A stretch of 64,000 bases of DNA, taken from Octopus vulgaris. Lineage: Eukaryota. The stretch is from assembly GCA_951406725.2 (NCBI GenBank), contig OX597818.1, positions 122,512,001 to 122,576,000 of the forward strand, in the 5' to 3' direction. The notes beneath the pieces were generated by a model. That model had not been told where the DNA came from and ran no database searches. It saw only the letters and a list, made by a program, of their open reading frames with translations. The position numbers and the translations under genes were made by a program. How positions within the stretch are numbered: position 1 is the stretch's first letter; every line of letters begins with the position of its first letter. Positions 1-12,447 of this stretch are shown piece by piece.

Positions 1-693
1 TACTTCAAAAGGACATAGGGGAATAATCCCTACTTATTTAGATATTCTTCCCGCAAACGCAGCTGTGGTCAGTCACAATTAGCAACTGAAAAGTATGCTT
101 ACAGCTAACAATTTACAATGGAAAAATCTTACCCCAACAATAAGAAACCTTATGAAATGTCTATTACATAGAATTTGGTTATGTGTTGTAACAAACATCC
201 AATCCTTAATTTAAAAAAATATATAACATTCTGTAAAGACTCCTTCCTTCTTGCACACAAACCACCACGTTTAGGAATACGTTCAACCAAAATTTAGTTT
301 CCATCAGTGACATCATTCTCTATGAAATTTTACTCTCACACATTATTTCTATCATTGCATTTATCCACTGACTTAATATGATTGACTTTCTTAATTATTA
401 TCACATCTTTAACACATAATTTAAATAATTAGTTTTGAATTTACTGTCGAAATGTCGTCTTAATAACTTTCAACTTTTCTTTAATTCCCATTTAATTAAA
501 TACACAGTTTATTATGCGTGTATTGGTCTTATATCACAGGTCAGTTTTAATTTCGATATTGAGTTGCTTGTGGTGAGTGGTGAACCCACCTTTTTGTTTT
601 AGCTTGATTCAGGAGCTCATTCTTTAACCACTTCTTACAATAATTCAGTTCACGTTAACGTTTTAACATAAATTACGCACACATACGCATGCA

Positions 694-816
<123 letters not shown>

Positions 817-2498
817 AAGTATTTACACGTGTGATCTGCACGAGAAAGCCTCATTGTGTTCATTCGACAGGCTAGAAATAATGACCAAATCTGTCTTCAT
901 ACACCTAATGCTTCCTTTAAAAAGAACAAACAGGATCATTTTATACAGAATGAACTATGTCTGAACGCAAGATTGGATCGTCACGGATGGAATATTCTTG
1001 GTCATAACACTGATTGATCAGCAGTCCATCAAAGTAAATAACAATAAAAATATGAGTGCTTGCGAGCGTATGTGTGTATGTGTGTGCAAGTGAGCTACTG
1101 TGTATTGTGTGTGCGTGTGAGCGTTTAGTGTGCGTGTGTATATGGGTGTGTGCGTATGTCTATATATGTATATTCTTAGATATATATGTATAAACAAAGT
1201 ATTACCTTTTGATGTCTTTGGTCGGTAGCTATGGCAATTATGTAGCTATCCAAACCATTACGTATGTACACTAACGGTTTCTTTTTAAAGACTGAAATTG
1301 CAACCACAATTCGCCGATCCAAATCGTCTTATATTGTAAGTATTTTAGTTTCGATTTATAGCTGATCGATGTTTGCTATTCAGTGTAACTTGTAATTATG
1401 GGAAATGCATTATTGCTTTTTCTCTACAATTTGCTGTAATTCGTTTTGGAGAGTCTGGTGCGCAAGAAGAATGACATTATTCAGTACCGTATGTTCCATC
1501 TTACGGGGAGTAGTGTGTTAATCTGGGGATTTTCTGTTTTCCAGTCTCTTCCTATGTATCCGCAGCGAATTCTTCCCAGGATAACATTGCAATAACCAAA
1601 CGAAATTATTTAAGCCGCTCTGTGGTTCGTTCTGCAAGAAGAGCCACGTGTTTCATTCCTGGGATTTAGTTACTCAGCGGTCCTGAAAGTATAACCACCA
1701 ACCATATAACTGGATTTTTTTTTCCCATTTTGCCAACGCATACGCTGTTTCAGAACTTTAATTATTTAATCATCACCACCATCGAATATAGAATACAAAT
1801 GAATAAAAATGATGCCTGTAATTCACTGTATTTTACGCAGTAATGCTTCTTACTCGCATGTCAAACTTGAGCAGATAGTTTTGATACGACATTAATAGCC
1901 AGACTAAACTACTAGAGCTCTTACGGAGTGCTACCTAGACTTTACACTGCGGATCTGAAAGTATGTTTATTAAACGCACTCATGCAAAACTTTTCATAAA
2001 ATTCACATAATGCGTATGTTCATATAGTTACTTACTGCATATATACGTATATACATAATACACACATACATATTTATCTATATGAATTATCGGTTTAAGA
2101 ACTACCATTCGCTCACTCTATAAGTCATCTCCATACTATAGGATCGAGCTGCAAATCTCACATGATTGTGAAGCAAATATTTTAATCATTACAGCCATAG
2201 TTGCGCATATCAATGTTTCACTGACACATGTCTTAAAAGAAACATAAGCAGTGAGGTATTATAATAAATAATATATCCACTGTAACCATAATGAAATTAA
2301 CCATTCAAATGTGATCTTTTACAGACCTACAGTCAGTTACAGCACTCTCTAAGTTACAGGAAGGTAAGCAAAGTAACATCAGTTTTCAGGAGGTATGGTG
2401 ATGAACAAAAACGTATACATACATACAAACATACATGCATGCATACAAACATACATGCAAGCATACATACATGCATACATACATACAAACATATACAC

Positions 2499-3600
2499 TG
2501 CTGTGGCGAGAGTTACTGACACATCTGGCAGATTGGAGTATGGAATAGCCGAACTCTAATAAAGAGTTGAGGTCGGTAGTAGAAAGAGAAAGCGTTTTGG
2601 CAGTCCAGTGTGGTGTGTTCGCTTCCGTGTTCCGGTCTGCTATTATATGAAGTTTATTGTTGAATTGTCGTTGATTTTGTTGCAGGTTTTCCCTTTTGGG
2701 ATTACCTTTGTTTCAAAAATTTTTTAATAATGATAAACGGCTTCAACGCAAGATCAAACCAATGTGGCGCCTAGCCGCGGCCTTCATCACTGTAAAGGTA
2801 GAGATGACATTATTGTAGTTGGAAGTAAAAAGTACCCAGAACTGGTGTGGCAGAGGCGTAAGAGCAACAATCCAGGCAACGACAGAAGAAATTGATTGCA
2901 TACCGGAGTTCGTCATCGTTCCGGATGATACAAGAGCAGAGTGCCAAAGTGCTTCGGTTGTGGGTAAAAGGGATACATAAGAAAAACGTGTCCCCCAGGG
3001 CCTACAAACAGAAACAGAGGGGAAAAGCTAGATGGAGGCCAGTATGCAGCAGTAGAGAATAGAAGGGGAGGTGAAACAGGAGGAGGTGGAGACAGAGAGA
3101 GACACAGAGTCTACTTCAACGACTACGGACTGAAATGAGAAGCAGCAGGAGTAGACGGTGGATGGAGAGACACTCACGACAGAAGAAGTAGCACTGTTGA
3201 CAACTTCTACAAAGGTAAGTGACGGTGAGTGGCAGGTGACTGGGAGGAAGAGAAAAATAAAATTATTCGCCAAAAAAAAAAAAATTAAAAGACTTTTCAA
3301 ACAAGAATACATATGAACATTTAACAGAAACAAACGAAAAGAATAAAAAAATAAAAATAAAGACAAAAAACTAAGGTGACTCCACTAAATAAAGTGAAAA
3401 AGAGAAACTCTGATAATTTATGTTAGTTTTCAAAAAATGCTCAATCATGTTGCCTGAGTTGTGGGGCACGGGTGACCACCATTTCATCTTTTCGTTTATT
3501 AATGATACATTTACTCATTCAATTTTTTTCTTATTTTCGGCCCCACATAAAGTTCTGTATCGTCCCCTCTTTGTTGGTTCTTGTGTATAAAACAAAAACG
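2499..3600 (+). mobile_element. Decayed ORF1-only Tx1/L1-like element (gag-like ORF with CCHC knuckle, then 3' tail)
   Basis: Hand translation gives ...NWCGRGVRATIQ...IPEFVIV, then VPKCFGCG*KGYIRKTCP at 2941-2994 (decayed knuckle), homologous to the ORFs at 39215-43870. An E/K-rich stretch follows, then a U-rich tail tgtatcgtcccctctttgttgg...tataaaac. No RT. Confidence 0.65.
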
Positions 3601-3829
3601 AGAGCTTTTTGGTAGTCTCGCGAAGTACGTCGTGTGAACCCATCGATTAAAACTCTGCTACATAATTTATATATACCAAACTGTGATATGAAACATATAT
3701 ATATGAAACATATATATAAACATACATGCATACATACATACATACAAACATGCATAAGTACATAAATACATATATATATATATACATGTATGCATAAAAA
3801 CATACGTACATAAAAACATACGTACATAC

Positions 3830-3960
3830 AACCGGCTTTCGCACAGTTTCCTTCTGCTATATCCACTCACAATGCAACAGTCGACAGGGTCCTATAGTAG
3901 AAGACACCTACCCAAGTGGGATTAAAGTCGACACCAGTGGGATTAAAGTCGACACCACGA
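3830..3960 (-). mobile_element. Partial SINE family C with a 21-bp tandem duplication
   Basis: ctatagtagaagacac..cccaag matches the 5193-5595 copy. agtgggattaaagtcgacacc occurs at 3915-3935 and 3936-3956. Confidence 0.7.
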
Positions 3961-4325
3961 AATTACAAAAGCGAAATTCTTAGCTCTGCAATCATGTGTT
4001 CCCGACTTCACAACTGATTTAGCTTTTCCTAAGTCCACGTAAGATAATTCAGGAAAATATTTTGAGAAATACACATACACACACATTTTTTTTGTTACGC
4101 TAAGAAGCGGTGAACTGTGCAAGTCATTTTCCACTCGAGTCAAATATAACAAACTATTCCACATCGTTGTCAGAGTATCTACATAAGTGGAGTCAAAAGC
4201 CGAATTGTTTGTACTGGTATCGAGTGGTATTAGTTTGTAATAGTGATGTCAAAGCAAAAAGCGACGTTTTGATCTCTGTTTGATTTGACTTCATTATTAC
4301 AGCTACATATATGTATGTATATGTA

Positions 4326-4444
<119 letters not shown>

Positions 4445-4453
4445 ATACATATA

Positions 4454-4825
4454 GCGGAGGCGCAATGGCCCAGCGGTTAGGGCAGCGGAGTCGCGGTCGT
4501 AGGATCGCGGTTTCGATCCCCAGACCGGGCGTTGTGAGTGTTTATTGAGCGAAAACACCTAAAGGTCCATGAGGCTCCGGCAGGGGAAGGTGGTGATCCC
4601 TGCTATACTCTTTCACCACAACTTTCTCTCACTCTTACTTCCTGTTTCTGTTGTACCTGTATTTCAAAGGGCCGGCCTTGTCTCTCTCTGTGTCACGTTG
4701 AATATCCTCGAGAACTACGTTAAGGGTACACGTGTCTGTACACGCGTTAATTTCACGAGCAGGCTGTTCCGTTGATCGGATCAACCGGAACCCTCGTCGT
4801 TGTAACCGACGGAGCGCTTCCATCC
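4454..4825 (+). mobile_element. tRNA-head SINE family B, full length
   Basis: A-box tggcccagcggttag, B-box-like ggtttcgatccc. Near-identical to 42329-42717 and 63309-63695. TSD gtatacatata at 4443-4453 and 4826-4836. Confidence 0.92.
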
Positions 4826-4856
4826 GTATACATATACCAGAGTGGTGTAAATATAT

Positions 4857-4906
<50 letters not shown>

Positions 4907-4968
4907 CTTTATAGATATCGACATGTATATTTATGCATAGATATACGTACATACACACACACATGCAT

Positions 4969-5097
<129 letters not shown>

Positions 5098-5192
5098 ATG
5101 GTGCAAGTCAACTCGTGACCGAGTAAAACCATTTCCTAGACTCAGTTACTAATATATATATATACGTCTGTGTGTGGGTGTGTGAGTATGTA

Positions 5193-5595
5193 TACTCTTT
5201 ACTCTTTTTTACTCTTTTACTTGTTTCAGTCATTTGACTGCGGCCATGCTGGGGCGCCGCCTTTAATCGAGCAACTCGACCACGGGACTTATACGTTTTG
5301 TAAGCCCAGTACTTATTCTATCGGTCTCTTTTGCCGAACCGCTAAGTAACGGTGACATAAACACACCAGCATCGGTTGTCAAGCAATGCTAGGGGGACAA
5401 ACACACACGCGCATATATATACATATTTACGACGGGCTTCTTTTCAGTTTCCGTCTTCCAAATCCACTCACAAGGCTTTGGTCGGCCCGAGGCTATAGTA
5501 GAAGACACTTGCCCAAGGTGCCACGCAGTGGGACTGAACCCGGAACCATACGGTTGGTAAAAACAAGCTACTTACCACACAGCCACTCCTGCGCC
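5193..5595 (-). mobile_element. tRNA-head SINE family C (CORE-like ccttgggcaagtg motif), full length
   Basis: Head ggcgcaggagtggctgtgtggtaag...gggttcagtccc; internal TA/TG tract; tail gcagtcaaatgactgaaacaagtaaaagag repeats. Other copies near 24700, 29155/30110, 37840, 45810, 47260, 51735, 53215. Confidence 0.9.
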
Positions 5596-6919
5596 TATTT
5601 GTATAATGTATGTGCATGTGTTCTACATATATGCGCGTGTATGTTTCCCGTATTGATTTTCGATAACAAATATAATTCATCTTTGCTATAGCCAACCAAT
5701 ATTTACTTCTTATCATACTTTATGTGTTTTTTATTTGAATTTCCGGCGTAATTTCCCTGACGATTATTTACTGCCTGCTGTACTTTATATTAAATATATG
5801 TCGGGATTTCTTATATAATATATGCTAATTTATCGGAACATCTGCTTTTCCCCGTGATGTGTTCTATTACGTTACACTGGATGTTTGTAATATTGATGAT
5901 GCCTGAGTCATTCTAAAGGCATTTTTCGCACTATACTCATATAAAACCAAAATCTATATATATATATATATATATGATTACTATCTGAATCGTTCGATAA
6001 CTTATTATGAATAAATATATGGACATCAATATTCACAAAGATGATAAATATTCACTCATACACACGCACTCAGACACGGATACACATTCGTGCAATCCCT
6101 GTATACTTACTTATTTTTCTATAACTTTGCAGTCTGTCTGGTGAAGTACTCAAATTTTATGATTACACTTGAGAATCAGAGAAGTGAATTTAAGAAAAAG
6201 ATGAGCGAAAAAGAAATTAACCAAGATGAACTATTGAGGAATCTATATATACTCTATTCAGATTACAATTTGTAGTTTATATCTGTAATTATTGGGGCAG
6301 TGTTATACGCAACACACTGCCTAAATACTAATCTTGAGAAATTAGACTTCTCGAAACCAAAAAGAAGAAAGCTGATTTGAAGATTACAGATACAATCCAT
6401 CACTGGAACAGTAAAAATCTATAAAATTTCCCAGACGTTTATCATTTAAGTGTATATGAGCTTTTCTAGACATGCAACTATCTGCAAGAGAATACATACA
6501 TAAAACAAACTATACAAATATGCATATATACATATATACATACAAAAAAATACTGTTGCTGTTGTTGAAATACCAAGCCTTGAATCTAGGTTAGAAACCG
6601 GCTCTTTTTCTATTGGTAAGAAAACTTGAAAAAAAGCTGAATAACGACATACATACACACACATACGCACACACACACATACAAGCATGCATACATACAT
6701 GTATACATACATACATACATTCGTACATACATACATACATACATGTATACATACATACATACAAAGCGGATGTCACAGCTCTTGTACTCTGACTATGAAT
6801 TCTAACTTGTACTTATCATCATAGGTGCATTAGGTTATGTACCAACATAAACCTAGAAATACACGGTTTCACGGCGAAAGAGCAGAAGAAACTGACGCAG
6901 ATTCTCCAAATCCAATCTA

Positions 6920-8195
6920 CTGGGTTAGCAACTAAGTTCTCGCCATTTAAAAATAAATTTGGAATTTATTACGTTTTTATATTTTGGAATCAATTTTTTT
7001 CGAGAATTCTATTTTTGAATCATTTTGGAATCTATTTTGTTTATTTTTCTAGTTAAGTTTTGTTTATTTTCAGATCATTAAAGTGGAATGTCAAGTTAAG
7101 AAAAACGATCATTTTCGACACCTTCTTCTTTTTGCTCATAATCAAGGTTCTAACTCAGCAAAAGCTGCTCACGACATTTGTGCTGTGTATCAAGAGAGTG
7201 CCATAGCTGAAAGAGCCTCTCGTGATTGGTATGTCAAGTTCAAAAATGGAAATTATGACCTCAAAGATGCACCGCGTCCTGGCCGTCCAGTTGTGTTCAA
7301 TGAAGAGCGATTAAACCAACTTTTGTACGAAAATTCTCGTCAAACGACAAGGGAACTGGCAGAGACAATGGAATGCTCTCACACTGCTATAGAGAAGCAT
7401 CTTCACTCGATGGGAAAGGTTCAGAAGTATGGAGCATGGGTTCCGCATGCTTTAAATGACGGAAATCAACGAACCACAATCTCCGCTGGTTTACTTGCTT
7501 GTCACCGATCAACTTATGGACACAAGCAACGATTTTTTTACCGATTCGTTACGGGCGATGAAAACTGGTGCCTGTACATCAATATGAAGCAGGGTAAGGA
7601 ATGGCTTAACCCTGGTAAACAAGCGACACTACGCGTGAAACAAAATCTTCATTCTCGTAAAACGATGATGTGCTTATGGTGGGACTGGGAAGGGATTATT
7701 CATTACGAATAGCTTGAACGGAACCAAACGGTCAACGCAGAACTCTATGTACCACAGATGGAATGCCTCAACACGGCTATTCAAGAGAAAAGACCTAATC
7801 GGTAGCATGGAGTTCTTCTGGTGCACGACAACGCCCGCCCTTATATCGCCAATGTGACAAAGGAAGCAATTCAAATCATGGCTGGAAAGTGCTGCCACAG
7901 CCACCGTACTCTCCTGATTTGGCACCAAAGGATTTCCACCTCTTTTGATGTCTTTCAAAGGCTATGCGCAGAGTTTCGTTCATTACTGATGCAGAATTGA
8001 GAGCTTGATTGGATCGATTTTTCGATTCGAAATCGGGTGATTTCTACCAACAAGGTGTTGAAAATATTTTTGAACGAGGGGAAGAAGATGTAAACAACAA
8101 GGGTGAATACATTATTGATTACTTGGTTGTTTTTTTATTAAGCCTTTTAAAAAGTTTAACTTAAAAAAAACGTGGGAACCTAGTTGCCAACCCAA
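6920..8195 (+). mobile_element. Full-length mariner transposon (about 1.28 kb), mellifera-subfamily-like
   Basis: TIRs ctgggttagcaactaagttc and its reverse complement gaacctagttgccaacccaa. TA dinucleotides at 6918-6919 and 8196-8197. Confidence 0.93.
7083..8121 (+). pseudogene. Mariner D,D34D transposase pseudogene
   Basis: HFRHLLLF, GRP, WVPHAL, VTGDENW, HDNARP, YSPDLAPKDFHLF and GEYIID* motifs. Start is GTG; stops at 7710 and about 7803; frameshift near 7875. Confidence 0.93.
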
Positions 8196-8902
8196 TATTA
8201 GTGGCACAGTGATGATTTGTAAGACATTTTAATAAATCCCCATTGGTAATACCTATGTGATTAGTTGCACACATTTGCGTATATGCGTCGACGGTTCAAC
8301 CAACACACCAACTCAACCATACATTTACAAACACCAGGAAATCTCGTAATCAAAAAGTCTTTTCGCTTTGTTAGCGACCGGCTTGAACTCAAGTAAAGAT
8401 AATCCAAAATGAAACTCAAAGATAAACACAAATACATACCTAAATCCATACATAGATGGTACCTGTCAACTTAAGGATGTGTATAAACACCACTGACAAA
8501 TAAGGTTTTCCTATGCTTATATTTAAAATCAATAATAGCTTGCTTAAACACTCTCACCTATAAAGCCAAATATTCCAAACAAGAGCAATATCCCTAGCTT
8601 CACAATGTGAGTATTATTTCGGAATCCCCCTCTTCTAGCGAGGTATCTAAACAAAGACTACAGGTCTCTCACTCCCAGCTGTTGAGGGGCATTGGCACTA
8701 GTGATTTCATGCGTTCTTCGACAGATTTAGTTTCTCATCTTGCTTGCTGAGTTTCGGACCCAAATTACACTCCTTATCATTCAGACATGGTAGAGTTTCC
8801 AGCTTAGTCGGCGGCGACTCAACCATGTGATATGTTGTACTATAGCATTTAAAGTAATCTTACATACACAAATGCATATATACATGCATATATGCTTACA
8901 TT

Positions 8903-9038
8903 CGTAGTCTGATCAATAAGTATCCGGACTGTTGACATAGTAACGAAGCTAAATCACGCTGAGTAAAGTCGCTTGGCACAGATTAGCCTTAAACTGTCGT
9001 CCATGCACACCATGTTTTAACCTTCTTGCTCACTTCCA
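8903..9038 (+). mobile_element. Tc1/mariner-type MITE end
   Basis: cgtagtctgatcaataagtatccggact resembles Tc1/mariner TIRs. No partner TIR found. Confidence 0.4.
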
Positions 9039-9043
9039 TAGAT

Positions 9044-9098
<55 letters not shown>

Positions 9099-9124
9099 TT
9101 GTATGTGTGAATATAAATAAAGTG

Positions 9125-9272
9125 TGTGCATGTATGTGACCTCGTGTTTACAGTTGGCAATTTTTTTCCTCTGTCTTCCCTTCTCTGGATCTTTCCTTCT
9201 CCTATGTTTCCGACGAAGAGCTCCGCTCGAAACGTCAAACCCTCCTTCTTTCCTTCTTTCCTGAGCGTCCAA
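9125..9272 (+). mobile_element. Short hammerhead-bearing element (Penelope pLTR / retrozyme-like), family P1
   Basis: Same sequence in reverse at 28700-28885 and 45325-45520. Minimal hammerhead at 9206-9240. 3' end abuts (TA)n. Confidence 0.75.
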
Positions 9273-10149
9273 ATATATATATATATACATATATATATGC
9301 GTGTGTGTGTACGTGTGTGTGTGTACGTGTGTGTGTGTGTGTGTGTGTGTGTGCATGTGACGATACACCAGTGCTACTTTTAATTGAGTAGACACACACC
9401 AAAATGCATTTCAGTCGTCACTATGCTGGTTTATCTCAATTTTAGCAATAATGTATCAAGGACTACTGTACTGAATATATTTTGTATATTTTAGCGACAG
9501 TATTGTATGACAGCAGAAAGAAATTTTGTTATTGCTTGCATTAGGTTTGCAGTCTTTGTGTGTATATGTATGTTTTATGTTTTCACTGAGTATATTATTG
9601 CATGCCTAACACTAAGTAAGGTTAGTGAAATAACAGAAATGACAGCAGAACATTTACATGAAATATTTATAATTCTTTACGTTCTTAGTCCAAATCTCGG
9701 AGGGTTCAATGTTTGCGTTTTCAGCTTACTATGTTTGATCAATAAAATGGGCACCATTAATACATACTACGTTCCTGCCAAATGAAAAAAAAAAGAAAAC
9801 ATAACATCAATATACATTGTCATGCAAATATAAATTAATTTCAAAGAAATCAGAAGTCAGATCTTACGCAGACTGTTTAACAATTGATGCCTATCACGAT
9901 TTACTCATGTATTTCAACCGTATAGTTTCTCATATAAAGGAGAAGGGAAAATAATTTTATAACTCGGAGATGTATTATCTCTTCAGTTGAGTATTGATGA
10001 ATGTTAACAAGCGTTCTGACCACCCTTCTTTAATAAGTCTGTAATCAAATAAACAGTAGAAAAGCTGATGAAAAGTTGCGGAACATGGCGCAAATAAAGA
10101 AGCCATTTGGAAACGTATCGTAGTTTTTCTCTCACTTGTACTGATATCT

Positions 10150-10256
10150 TTAGAGTGTATCTATATTATCTTCCATTCGTATTTTTTCTTGCTGATCGAC
10201 TCCCTGGAGCTCGTCTTCCGTTGGTTTCTTCCCTTCCTCTTTCTCTTCATCAACGC
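10150..10256 (-). CDS. Candidate phase-1 terminal coding exon of an unknown host gene
   Basis: Acceptor ctccttccaaaactatcccttgcag, then VDEEKEEGKKPTEDELQGVDQQEKIRMEDNIDTL*, in non-repetitive sequence. No homolog recognised. Confidence 0.25.
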
Positions 10257-11374
10257 CTGCAAGGGATAGTTTTGGAAGGAGCGTAATTCAAATTTAACTG
10301 TAGCGAAATTTTGAATTAAGAAAACTGAATCTTTGAAGTATTAAACCAAGGACACTAGAAAATATTCCTCACAAGTTCTACACCTTTACATTGATACATA
10401 TGGGCAATTTGTTGATATATTTAGTTATACCCGAGGTAGCCTCTCCCTTTGGAATATATATACATCCGTCGGCCGAGTTTGAACATTTATATATATATAT
10501 GTATGTGCAAGTCTGGACAATATATCTGTATAAAGGCTCGCACTTGCCCGTGCATGTAAGTTCCCTACTTTCTACGTCAGTGATGCTTAATCAAAGGAAA
10601 AATCACCGTTTTAATCTGATAAAACTTGGTATCAGTGTTGGCGTAGGCGTGGCTATTAAGTATGGAAAAGGCTGGAACACATAACACAAGGATACTCGCC
10701 CACCTCCTACAGTTCCATTGATACACCATTTTAAATTAGTACATTTTATTGTTGACTAGAAAGAATGAAAGGCAAAACTAACGCTGGCAGAACTTAATCT
10801 CAGATTGAGGAGAGTCGCAAGTAACATCACAGGACATTTTGTCTAACGCTTTAACGACTCTGATAATTCGCTGGTTTTTGTTATAATGTGAAGCATATCG
10901 ACTCTTTGTTTTGGAATATACCAATCGATATGTTTTGATGATAATTCTAAAAAAACAAAATCTGTTTCTTTGAAATACAATGTTGGTAGATGATACTTAA
11001 ATGATGAAAATTGAGTAAAACAGGAATAACGTTAAGAATTTTTATTCAAAAGTAAAATGGAAAAGATGTTAGTTTTCGTTGATTTTCCCAAACAGTTTAC
11101 AAAATTTTACGGTTGGCCCTGAGTTTATTTAACGCTTTTGAAGCCCTCCGAAACGAACATCAATCAGTTAAATGAGTGTTGAAAGCGAACTGCTTGGTTC
11201 CCAACTTTCTGTGGAATATTGGTAAGATGTAATCGATAGAACCAGACCTTAGAGGGATGATATAACATGCGTGTGATAGATGTGTTGGTGTAGAAGTGAA
11301 ATGCAGCCAGATTGCTCTGAAGCGAAGAAGAGTAAACGTATACCTGATAGGAGGAGAGCTTTATATATATATAT

Positions 11375-11841
11375 TTCAAGTAACCACTATGAATGCAAAA
11401 CAAGGTGGAAAAACGTAGTAGTCGAATACCGAAGACAGAGTGATATACTTTTCATGAAAGCCGAACATATCGTCACAAAATGTTCAGAGTTTCACGTCAC
11501 CCATCTTAGGATCAGAACTGTCCGACAATCTGTAATGTGAAGCTGTGAGTAACAGCTTGTTAGGATTTTTTCGGCTTTAATAAAATATATATATCTATAC
11601 ATACATACATGTATACATACAAACACACACATACACTTTATTAAGGCCGAAAAAATCTTTACACGCAGTTACTCATAGTTTCACATTACCGTTTGTCGGA
11701 CAGTTCTGATCCTGCAAACGGTGACGTGAAACTCTGAACAGTTTGTGACGATATTTTCGTATTTCACGAAAAGCATATTAGTCTGTCATCGGTATTCTAT
11801 TACTACGTTTTTCCACCTTGATTTGCATTTATAATGCTTAT

Positions 11842-11846
<5 letters not shown>
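11375..11846. repeat. Inverted repeat with arms of about 210 bp (11375-11584 and 11637-11846) around a microsatellite spacer
   Basis: caaggtggaaaaacgtagta / tactacgtttttccaccttg and aggatcagaactgtccgacaa / ttgtcggacagttctgatcct are exact reverse complements. Confidence 0.92.
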
Positions 11847-11924
<78 letters not shown>

Positions 11925-11984
11925 CATATACGTATATATATACATGCATGTACACATATATGTATATAAATATGTATATATGCA

Positions 11985-12022
<38 letters not shown>

Positions 12023-12237
12023 CATATATATATATGTGTGTGTGTAGATATCTGTGTCTAGTGTAGAAGGAAAAGTTTGGTTAGGGCTTGTGTGGTATTC
12101 TGGGAAAGAGGCTCAGGTGTGTAACAAGCCATGCTGTAGATGGTGGAATGGATGGTGAAGGATAGCAAGCTAAAAGAGTGGTATGGCTAGGAAATGGAAT
12201 TTAAGCAGCTAATCTTTAAAATGAGATTTATAAATAT

Positions 12238-12447
12238 TGATTTCAAATTTTGGTACAGGGCCATCCGTTAAGGGAGAGGGCTAAGTCGATTATATTGACC
12301 CCAGTGCTCAACTGTTACTTTATTGACCTCTAAAGGACGAATGTCAATATCGACTCAGGCCGCATTTGAACTCAGGACTAGAAATCGGAAGAAATGCTGT
12401 TAAGCATTTTGTCCGCCATGCTAACGATTCTACTAGCTCGGCGCCTT
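12238..12447 (-). mobile_element. tRNA-head SINE family A with tail type 2
   Basis: Diverged head and core. Tail ccctgtaccaaaatttgaaa. Confidence 0.8.

Noticed and set aside
4454-4530. tRNA-like sequences at SINE heads
   Set aside because: They have A/B boxes but run into SINE bodies with TSDs; they are not tRNA genes.
6132-6412. Acceptor followed by a K/E-rich reading frame
   Set aside because: Early stop, weak donor, no recognisable homolog.
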